Source of the DNA: Cyanophyceae cyanobacterium
GTDB taxonomy: Bacteria; Cyanobacteriota; Cyanobacteriia; Cyanobacteriales; Laspinemataceae
Length of the DNA: 27,900 nucleotides
Assembly (NCBI GenBank): GCA_038321985.1
Contig: JBBQFN010000050.1
Coordinates: 1 to 27,900 of the forward strand
Reading direction: 5' to 3'
Below are positions 18,952 through 26,748 of this stretch, one piece after another. Both the position numbers and the translations under genes were made by a program. Each line of letters starts with the position of its first letter. Positions within the stretch are counted from its first letter, which is position 1. The notes under the pieces were generated by a model. It did not search any database and was not told the DNA's origin. It saw nothing but the letters and a program-made list of their open reading frames with translations.

Positions 18952-20145
18952 ATGATCACAAATAGTCATTTAATTTCAGGTGAAACATTTATTTCTCGAA
19001 ATAGATCAGATACTACTCAGGTCTTTCTATCAGACGATGAAATTAACGAACAATATAAAAAGGGAGAGATAAGAATTGTAACAGAACAAGCTCGTTATCC
19101 ACTTAATAGTATAGAAGCTATGGTTGATAGTCCAAAATATATCCTAAATCCTGAATACCAACGTCGTAAAAGATGGAACAATACTCGAAAATCTCGTTTA
19201 ATAGAATCATTCATAATGAATGTACCTATTCCACCTATTTTTTTGTATGAAATAGACTATTCTATTTATGAAGTAATGGATGGACAACAAAGACTGACAG
19301 CTATAGATGATTTTTATAAAGGAAACTTTGATCTAGAAGGATTAGAGTATTGGCCGGGACTTAATGGACGAAATTATCAAAATTTACCTGAGCAAGTTCA
19401 AAAAGGTATAGATAGACGATATTTGTCTTCTATTATTTTATTGCAAGAAACAGCTAAAAGTAAAGAAGAAGCTGAATATCTCAAACAGATAGTTTTTGAA
19501 AGATTGAATAGTGGAGGAGAGAAGCTAACTGAACAAGAAACAAGAAATGCCTTACAGAATGGCAAGTTTAACAAATTATGTATAAGACTTTCTAAAAATG
19601 ACTCTTTCCGTAAAATGTGGACCTTCCCCTTAGAAAGTGAAGGGGAAGAAAAGTTACTTGAAAGTGAATCTTATCGCAAAATGGAAGATGTAGAATTAGT
19701 TTTGCGATTCTTTGCTTATCGTCATATAGAGAATTTAAAATCTCCAGTGGATAAATTTTTAGATGAATATTTAAAACAAGCAAATAACTATTCAGATGAA
19801 ACGATTGAAAATCTTGAAAATATTTTCCAAGAAACTATTCAGTTAATTTATTCTATATTGGGAGATTCAGCTTTCATCCCTCCAAAAGAACAGCGTGCTA
19901 GAAAAACACCATTAAAAACTATTTATGATCCAATAATGCAGGGGTTTGCAAATAATATTCCCCATAAGGAAAGTCTACTCAGAAATAAAGCTGCCATTAA
20001 AAGTAATCTATATTCAAATAAAGAATTGCTATATATCAAAGAAGAAAATAACAATAGATGGCTTTTTGATGGTAGATACAATAACAAAAAGGATGTAGAA
20101 GCACGCATTGAGTATTTTCATAATTTCCTAAAAAACTATATTTAA
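18952..20145 (+). CDS. DUF262 (ParB/Srx-like, GmrS-type N-terminal domain) protein, putative defence sensor/NTPase
   Basis: NPEYQRRKRW, LIESFIMNVPIPPIFL, VMDGQQRLTAI, VFERLNSGG. No HNH/DUF1524 motif seen. AT-rich. Confidence 0.92.
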   Translation: MITNSHLISGETFISRNRSDTTQVFLSDDEINEQYKKGEIRIVTEQARYPLNSIEAMVDSPKYILNPEYQRRKRWNNTRKSRLIESFIMNVPIPPIFLYEIDYSIYEVMDGQQRLTAIDDFYKGNFDLEGLEYWPGLNGRNYQNLPEQVQKGIDRRYLSSIILLQETAKSKEEAEYLKQIVFERLNSGGEKLTEQETRNALQNGKFNKLCIRLSKNDSFRKMWTFPLESEGEEKLLESESYRKMEDVELVLRFFAYRHIENLKSPVDKFLDEYLKQANNYSDETIENLENIFQETIQLIYSILGDSAFIPPKEQRARKTPLKTIYDPIMQGFANNIPHKESLLRNKAAIKSNLYSNKELLYIKEENNNRWLFDGRYNNKKDVEARIEYFHNFLKNYI

Positions 20146-20160
20146 TTATTGATATAAATT

Positions 20161-21222
20161 ATGAATATACAATCATTGGAAAACTTCAAAAGAGACTTAA
20201 ATCAAATTGAAGAATATTTAAAACACATTCAATATGTAAATGATTTAACAGCTTATGCCATTATAGACACTGATAATGGACAAATCAAGGAATTACTTAA
20301 TAGACTAAAAGAGCATGACAGAAGTTTTAGTACATATAAACGAATATTTGAATATAAATCTTCTATTATTTCACTTTATGGACTGCTAGAAAAATATGTG
20401 GAAATATGGATTAAAGAATATCTTGATTCCCTCTCTAAAGTAGTACCCGAATATAATCAAGTGGATGAAAAGATTAGAATTAATCATTTTGAACTGTCTT
20501 TAAAATTGATAAATACTATTACAACTAGGGAAAGTGCTAAATATCAGCATCTTACAAAAGAGGAGGTATTAAAGAAGCTAAATGAATGTATCGTTAATCC
20601 TAGCAACTATCAAATTAACACAGACGCATTTGTTCTTTTATCAGGTAATTTAAAACATAAGAAAATTGTAGAGCTATTCCAATATTTAAACTTAAATTTG
20701 AACGATGAATTATTAAAAAATGAAGACCTTAATAATGAAATTGGTTTAGATAAAGATACTATGGCTCAGACAGATAAAGATGATCTATATAATAAAATTA
20801 ATGTCTTAGTGACAAGAAGAAACGAAATCGCTCACGGTTCGGAAATTTTAGATATTTTAGGTATTTCTGCATTAGAACCTTATATTCAGTTTCTAGAAAA
20901 ATATTGTCAAGCCATTTTTCAAGCATTATTTGAACAACTTATCAAGCAAGAATCAATACATACTTTTCAAAAAATAGAAAAAGTGATTCAAGTATATAGT
21001 AGTAAAATATTAACATTTGAGATTAGCAGTTATACAATAAAAGTCGGAGATATGTTGATAATTAAAACGCAAGAAAATAGATTTTATAAAAAGCCTATTT
21101 TGACAATCCAATTAGATAAAGAAGATTATCAAGAACTTACAATTACAGAAAAAACAAATATTGGTGTTAGCGTTGAGCCTAAAATAAAAGATAATCAAAC
21201 GTTTTACATAGTCAAAAAATAA
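20161..21222 (+). CDS. HEPN-domain putative RNase (MAE_28990/RiboL-PSP-like) with C-terminal beta-barrel extension
   Basis: IISLYGLLEKYV (N-terminal HEPN Glu helix), SGNL, and R-X4-H motif RNEIAH (20818-20835). Starts 15 bp after the DUF262 stop. Confidence 0.88.
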   Translation: MNIQSLENFKRDLNQIEEYLKHIQYVNDLTAYAIIDTDNGQIKELLNRLKEHDRSFSTYKRIFEYKSSIISLYGLLEKYVEIWIKEYLDSLSKVVPEYNQVDEKIRINHFELSLKLINTITTRESAKYQHLTKEEVLKKLNECIVNPSNYQINTDAFVLLSGNLKHKKIVELFQYLNLNLNDELLKNEDLNNEIGLDKDTMAQTDKDDLYNKINVLVTRRNEIAHGSEILDILGISALEPYIQFLEKYCQAIFQALFEQLIKQESIHTFQKIEKVIQVYSSKILTFEISSYTIKVGDMLIIKTQENRFYKKPILTIQLDKEDYQELTITEKTNIGVSVEPKIKDNQTFYIVKK

Positions 21223-21455
21223 TGCGATCGCTCTTAGTTGAGATTGCTCCTACAGGAATAATGGCGATCCTCATATTACCTTAGGCTAATTGGCGATCGC
21301 GTTGTCTCAGGCACTGTGCGATCGCCATCGCTGTAGCGTGCGTTACTCAATGCGCCTTTTTACTTTTAAACATGATGAATTTGTAATTATCTGATTTTTG
21401 GGATGTTCATTAATGCGATCGCTGCTCTTGTCGGTTAAGTGCGATCGCATATTGA

Positions 21456-22790
21456 TTAAACTTGACCGATCGCTTTCACCGCAGCCAGATACCGCTCCTT
21501 CACATTTTCGTAGTCTAACTCCTCCGCAATTCCTTCCTGCCCACCGCGTTCAATCATATCGGCATGACGCTGTAGTGTGGTTCGGTCTGGTATTCGGTGA
21601 GTAAAGGGCGCGATCGCCGCGATCGCCTCTAACAACCGCATCGTCACCGCGACACTCGACTTTCCATACTGCCGAATCTGGTTGAAAGCCGCATCCGTCG
21701 CATCCGCAAAGGAAATCGGTTCAGCGATGATCCGAAGCTGATTGTGGTCGTCGTAGCGATAGGGAGAAGGAATTTCTCTTTGGGCTAAATGACAAAGGGC
21801 CGCGCTCAGTTGATCGATGCAGCGGATGGCAGTAAACGGATCGTTAATTCCTGGAGAAAGGGCGCGTACTGCAATCTCAACCAGTTGGTCGATGGGAAAC
21901 TCCACATCTTGCTGCTCTGTGCGCTGTGAACCGAGAACAAAGGCATCATTGATCTGGACTGCAAGCTTTTTGTTTACCTTTTCTTCAGGAAAGACCCGTA
22001 CAATTTCACTTCCTTTTACCACAAAGCGACCAGGACGCTGCTGAATCCGCAATAACAGATTATTCTCTGTCGCAATCTGCATCAGTTGGTTGTCATTAAT
22101 CGTTTGAATGTAGCCACTGGCGATAGTCTTAATGGGACAGGCAACTCGATCGAAGTCAGCAGGAATAGCGGCTAGGCTCTCCTCCTCTAGATGCTTTGAT
22201 GTATTCCGTCCAATTTTTTCAGGAAAGAGCCGATCAATCGCACCATCAAGATCATCTCCCACTTGTTTAATCACATGATTGACCTGAATCGATAAGGCTG
22301 AATGATGAATGAAGTAAATCAATACGCCAACGCTGGCGATCGCCAAGATAAGGCCGATCGTCACTGCCAGGTGGGGGACAAACTCATCTTTTTCCACCCC
22401 ATTGATCGTTCGCAGCACCATCAAGCTATACACAAACGTGGAAATGAAAGTTCCCAGTACAATTTGGTTTCCCGTATCTTGCATAAAGCTCCGCAGCAAG
22501 CGCGGCCCAAACTGGGAAGAGGCTAGCTGAAGTGCCACGATCGTAATAGAAAAGGCAGTGGTAGCAACACTCACCATTGAACCCGCGATCACAGAAAGAA
22601 TGGCGCGTGAACCACTAGGCCCTAGAGAATAAGCCCAGGCTATTCTTGCGACGATAGTGGCTTCTCGGCTATGGTCAATCCAGATGGTAATAAACGAAAG
22701 TGCGATCGCCAGCAACACCATCAGAGATGGCACAAACCAGAAACTAGAATGTAATGAGTCCCACAGTTTAGTTAACTTAGCGTATTTCAA
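21456..22790 (-). CDS. DUF2254 family predicted membrane protein (TTG start at 22790 preferred; ORF extends to 22814)
   Basis: SFWFVP, FSITIVALQLASSQFGPRLL, SGYIQ, QLVEIAVRALSPGINDPFTA. Confidence 0.9.
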   Translation of the reverse strand: MKYAKLTKLWDSLHSSFWFVPSLMVLLAIALSFITIWIDHSREATIVARIAWAYSLGPSGSRAILSVIAGSMVSVATTAFSITIVALQLASSQFGPRLLRSFMQDTGNQIVLGTFISTFVYSLMVLRTINGVEKDEFVPHLAVTIGLILAIASVGVLIYFIHHSALSIQVNHVIKQVGDDLDGAIDRLFPEKIGRNTSKHLEEESLAAIPADFDRVACPIKTIASGYIQTINDNQLMQIATENNLLLRIQQRPGRFVVKGSEIVRVFPEEKVNKKLAVQINDAFVLGSQRTEQQDVEFPIDQLVEIAVRALSPGINDPFTAIRCIDQLSAALCHLAQREIPSPYRYDDHNQLRIIAEPISFADATDAAFNQIRQYGKSSVAVTMRLLEAIAAIAPFTHRIPDRTTLQRHADMIERGGQEGIAEELDYENVKERYLAAVKAIGQV

Positions 22791-22907
22791 GAGAGCACCT
22801 ATTCGGTTTCGCACTGTCGGATCAGGTAAAAGCGCAGGGGGGTGGGGAGGATGGTGTTCATACTACCGTTCCGTTTATCTTCTCGACTCGATATTCTTGA
22901 GCCAATA

Positions 22908-23660
22908 CTATTGGGTAAAATGTTGGCGAATCATGGCTACGAGCTGAGGCTCGGTCAGATTATCAACCGTTTCAACCCCAACCACCTTTTCGCCAATGTG
23001 ATTTTCTTCCAGACGCTTTTGCAGCTCATGCTTAGCGACACCTGGCCCTACGATCAGAATCGAACTTGCATCACGAATACGTCTAATGATCTCGTCGTAG
23101 TAAGTATTCAGTTCTGCCGTCAGCACCTTCTGACGGCTGTAATCGGCGGGCACTTGAAGGGCTTCATAGGAGCCTTTCAGGGGTGAATCCCCAGACCGTT
23201 GGAGCTGTTTTTCCGCGTCCGCGAGGATCTCGTTGATCTCTTCTCCTTGCTCTGTAACCGTTACGATAGTCGCCTTGTTTTGGTCAATCCATAGTCCTAG
23301 TTGTGTATTCATTCCAGACAGCGGTGGGTCAGTCCGGTGACTCGCTTCGTGCGACCGTCGCCCAAGCGTGTGTTTGATCAAGTGGGTCACTTTCTCCGCA
23401 GCCCCGTCAACAGCTTGGTCTAAGGTCTCTGCCTGATCGGTGACGGCGATGGGTTGGAGTCCTTCGAGACGGGCTTCGATCATGCAGCGCATATCGCGAT
23501 CGCCACCCTTCTTGTCGCTGTTCACATCGCTCAGGTGAACATCAACCTGAGTAATGCGATCGCTGAATCGGCTCAGACTCTCTTCCACGACACCACTCAC
23601 CTGAGTGGCGAGTGCTTCGTGACCTTCGATGTTATGGCCGGTATGAATTTGGATTTGCAT
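22908..23660 (-). CDS. Fusion of an HPF/RaiA-like ribosome-associated domain (aa 1-105) and an aeRF1 domain-2-like/baeRF domain (aa 117-250)
   Basis: MQIQI…LSRFSDRITQVDVHLSDVN…DMRCMIEARLEG…LDQAVDGAAEK (S30AE/HPF pattern), then LGLWID…YYDEIIRRI…ILIVGPGVAKHEL…ETVDNLTEPQLVA. Confidence 0.8.
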   Translation of the reverse strand: MQIQIHTGHNIEGHEALATQVSGVVEESLSRFSDRITQVDVHLSDVNSDKKGGDRDMRCMIEARLEGLQPIAVTDQAETLDQAVDGAAEKVTHLIKHTLGRRSHEASHRTDPPLSGMNTQLGLWIDQNKATIVTVTEQGEEINEILADAEKQLQRSGDSPLKGSYEALQVPADYSRQKVLTAELNTYYDEIIRRIRDASSILIVGPGVAKHELQKRLEENHIGEKVVGVETVDNLTEPQLVAMIRQHFTQ

Positions 23661-23702
23661 GGTGTTCTCCAGTTTTAATTGTGATTATGAGTTACGAATT
23701 AT

Positions 23703-24842
23703 TTAATAGCGCAGGATCGCAGCGATCGCGTTATGTTCAGGGACATCGCCCTGTTCTACGGCGTAAACCGTTCCCCCATTTGTCAGCGTATGAAGTGCCG
23801 CTAGATCGAGTAAATCTTCGTCCCCTGTTTCCTGTTGAGGATCAATCTGAATAGAATTTCCCACTGGGTTGAATACTCCCCAGACGTTTTTATCAATCGG
23901 CACAAACAAGGTTTCAACGCGCTGGGAATAAGCAGCAGTTAAAACTTTTTCGATGGTATTAGCCGTTTTATCGCTCCCTTGTAATTCCTCGTAATAGGAC
24001 ATTTTAGACACTTTAGCGAGATCGAAATAGGGTTGTGCAATCTGCCAAGCCTGGGTATGCAGTTCTTCCAGAGTCAACGTTTCTGGATTGCCAGAAATAC
24101 CATCGGGTAGCAAGTGAGCATAAGTATTTGCCTCGTGATAAATCGGCAATAAATAATCAACTCCTACCAAAATTAGCGGTGCTTGCTGGTTTTTCAAGAA
24201 AGACTCTAAACCGCTATTAACCTGGCGAAAGTAACTCAACAAATCATTTTTGTGGTCTTCGTTTCCGGATCCTTGTCCATGAAAAATCCCACTATTGCCT
24301 TGTGATGAGCCTGTATGTGCTTGGAGGCTTTTTTCGGGATCATCGTACTGCAAGGCGGATTCAATGTTGGTCGGTACATCCGTTAACTCAACTTCATCCA
24401 GGTGATAACGGGTTCCTTGAAATAACCGAACTTGGTTTTGGCTCAGGGCTAGAAGAGAAAACATCCCATCCCCTGACATGAGTTGCAGGAGTGGTTTTAG
24501 GTGGAAGCGATCGCCCACTACTGTTAATTCAGGGAACGCGATCGGTAAACAGTAGTAGCGGAACTGATTGGGAGATAGAAAAATTGCCAGTCCATCGCTT
24601 TGATGTTGCCAGAAGTCATAGGTATCTAGCTCATGAATGAGTTGCAGCAACGCTTTGGCATCCTGTTCAAGTAGCCCCAGCGCTAGCAATTTTTCTTCAG
24701 CTTGCCGAACCAAATTCTTGAACCGAATCGGATTTTGCTGGGTTTCGATCCCTAAACGCTCCATTGGCGCATAGATCGAGATACAGGTCGAGTTTGATGC
24801 TGTGGTTAGAGTAGTTAATTCATCAATGGCGAATACGTTCAT
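23703..24842 (-). CDS. Bacterial archaeo-eukaryotic release factor homologue (baeRF family 3/7-like; Balon-related)
   Basis: CISIYAP…NPIRFKNL, FWQHQSDGLAIF, FHLKPLL, LALSQNQVRLF, IFHGQG, PLILVG, GNPE, RVETLFV, DLLD…GGTVY, C-terminal AAILRY. Confidence 0.85.
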   Translation of the reverse strand: MNVFAIDELTTLTTASNSTCISIYAPMERLGIETQQNPIRFKNLVRQAEEKLLALGLLEQDAKALLQLIHELDTYDFWQHQSDGLAIFLSPNQFRYYCLPIAFPELTVVGDRFHLKPLLQLMSGDGMFSLLALSQNQVRLFQGTRYHLDEVELTDVPTNIESALQYDDPEKSLQAHTGSSQGNSGIFHGQGSGNEDHKNDLLSYFRQVNSGLESFLKNQQAPLILVGVDYLLPIYHEANTYAHLLPDGISGNPETLTLEELHTQAWQIAQPYFDLAKVSKMSYYEELQGSDKTANTIEKVLTAAYSQRVETLFVPIDKNVWGVFNPVGNSIQIDPQQETGDEDLLDLAALHTLTNGGTVYAVEQGDVPEHNAIAAILRY

Positions 24843-24852
24843 GATGTCCCTC

Positions 24853-25617
24853 TCAGTAATTCTTCGCCGTCACTTCATCGGCCCAATAGCCGGGGCGACC
24901 GTAATGCCGATGCATCCTGGTCTCGTAATCCCGATCAAGCAACGCATCGGTATACTCTGGTGCTTGCTGGATGGTTTCGCGGGGCAGGTTGATGAAGACT
25001 TTTGACTGACTCCAACTGACGCGATCAATCCATTGTGGTGAAATCAGTATCTTTTTCCCTGGCCACCAGTTCCGCGTCTCGACAATGAGATATCGAATCT
25101 CCCAGGTCTCATCATCAATAACAAAATCCGCAATGTGACCAAGTTCACCGTCTGAGGCGTGGATGTGATAGCCAGTCACCTTACGAGTGCTACGTAAATG
25201 GGGATTCCACCCTTTCTCCTTTGGGGTTCGTTCAGGCTCTGGTTTATGGTCACGCGCCAAGTGAGGATAGGCTCCCCATACAGCCGAACCGCCCCAATAC
25301 ATCGGGTAGCCATAATGGCCGTAATAGTCCGTCTCGAATTGCTGCGAGACAGGCTTGTCGCTGCTCAAGACGGGACTGCTCTCAATTTGCTGTTTGGTCA
25401 AATTGATGGTGATGTGGCGCTCTTCTGGCATCACGGCGATCAGTGCATAGGGCGAGAGCAGCACCTGTCTGCCCGTCAGCCAGTTACCTGTATCAGCGAC
25501 CAGATAACGAATGGTCCAGTGATTGTCATCGAAGTAAAAGTCTTTGACCGTCCCGATTTCACCCTCGTCTTGGTTGGCTAATTTGTAACCGTCCAGGGTT
25601 TTGATTTTATCTAGCAT
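24853..25617 (-). CDS. Double PRC-barrel domain protein
   Basis: ATG 25617 with AAGGA RBS. Two repeats, GEIGTVKDFYFDDNHWTIRYLVADTGNWL and DGELGHIADFVIDDETWEIRYLIVETRNWW, and a HYGRPGYW tail. Confidence 0.9.
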   Translation of the reverse strand: MLDKIKTLDGYKLANQDEGEIGTVKDFYFDDNHWTIRYLVADTGNWLTGRQVLLSPYALIAVMPEERHITINLTKQQIESSPVLSSDKPVSQQFETDYYGHYGYPMYWGGSAVWGAYPHLARDHKPEPERTPKEKGWNPHLRSTRKVTGYHIHASDGELGHIADFVIDDETWEIRYLIVETRNWWPGKKILISPQWIDRVSWSQSKVFINLPRETIQQAPEYTDALLDRDYETRMHRHYGRPGYWADEVTAKNY

Positions 25618-25780
25618 CGAAAGCGTTTCCTTTATGAGCGATCGTGACTGAGAGGAGGGTAGTCGGCGCAATCCAACGCCTGCTGGGTGAGTACTGATGG
25701 GGGTTGTTTCACGAGCCCAGAAAACGGTAGAGTCGCAGCGATTACTGTTTGTCTGGATGCCTCTGGTTACGTGTGTTTTA

Positions 25781-26203
25781 CTACTTTGTAGTGTCCGCAG
25801 CGGTTTCAGCATCTAGTCTGGCGGCGATCGCTTCTAAGGTTGCTTTTTCAGCCTCTTCAAGCGTTGCGATCGCTAAAAATATTGTCGTATCGGCATAGCC
25901 TTCAGCCTGATCAGCTCGATGCTCAAGCTTTTGGATTTCACGACTGGCTTTCCATTCCTCCACATCCGCTTTTATCTCAGATTCTTTTTCCTCAAATTGA
26001 GTTTTGAGTTTTGCCCGGTACTCATCAAAATCTTGTTTCTTGGCGTCCAGACCTGTCCTGGCTTCGTCAAGCTTTGCCTGAATTTCCACTTGAGTCTTTT
26101 TGGGTGCCGATTGAATGCTATTCTTCAGCGCTTTTGCCCGGTCTTCAATGGCTTCCAGGTTGTCGTGAAGCTTTTTTGTGAAGTTGTCAATTGCAGCGCT
26201 CAT
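25781..26203 (-). CDS. Hydrophilic coiled-coil hypothetical protein, probably stress associated
   Basis: AGGGA RBS, Lys/Glu/Ala-rich helix, KLEHRADQAEGYA…EAIAARLDAE. First gene of the co-oriented cluster. Confidence 0.85.
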   Translation of the reverse strand: MSAAIDNFTKKLHDNLEAIEDRAKALKNSIQSAPKKTQVEIQAKLDEARTGLDAKKQDFDEYRAKLKTQFEEKESEIKADVEEWKASREIQKLEHRADQAEGYADTTIFLAIATLEEAEKATLEAIAARLDAETAADTTK

Positions 26204-26748
26204 GGTGTTTCCCTATATAATTCCTTTCCGATTGGGTATGAACAATAGAGAATAAAACTGTCTGCCAGAATCTGGCCGAAAAGAAGGTTTAGAACGGGCG
26301 GTGCTAACCCTATTTGTGACGTATCAGAGGTTGGTGTATCTCTGTCGGTCAGAACTATTTGTGCCATCTCACCAGAGCTATTTAATCGCAGTGACAATGG
26401 TCACCGAACCGTGATCGTTGCAGTGTTCGCTCTGTGGATGGGACAAGCGGTTATTGACCAGATAGTCGATTAGATCTCAGTCTGCTTTTTTACCGCACCT
26501 TAAACGTTAGCAGAAGCTGTCTCAGATGCTATCTGCCTTTAGAAAGTTTTAGTAGAACTTATACAATTTACAGCTAATTCAAACGCTAACTAAATCATTA
26601 GTTAGCAGCATTATTGATGTAGAAACGCTGATCCCATCAGCCAATCTTTTTTAAACGAAACGTCCAAAGCTCTACAATTGGACACACATAAGTGAATTGC
26701 AAACAGCGATTTAGGTGAATATTGGCTTACTCAAAACAATACTGTAGC

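Noticed and set aside
18952..20145. Calling the DUF262 gene a complete GmrSD/SspE restriction enzyme
   Set aside because: No HNH/DUF1524 motif is visible and no ssp or dnd genes are present in the window.
25618..25812. 65-aa N-terminal extension of the PRC-barrel ORF
   Set aside because: It overlaps the upstream gene, and a good RBS and family-like sequence begin at ATG 25617.
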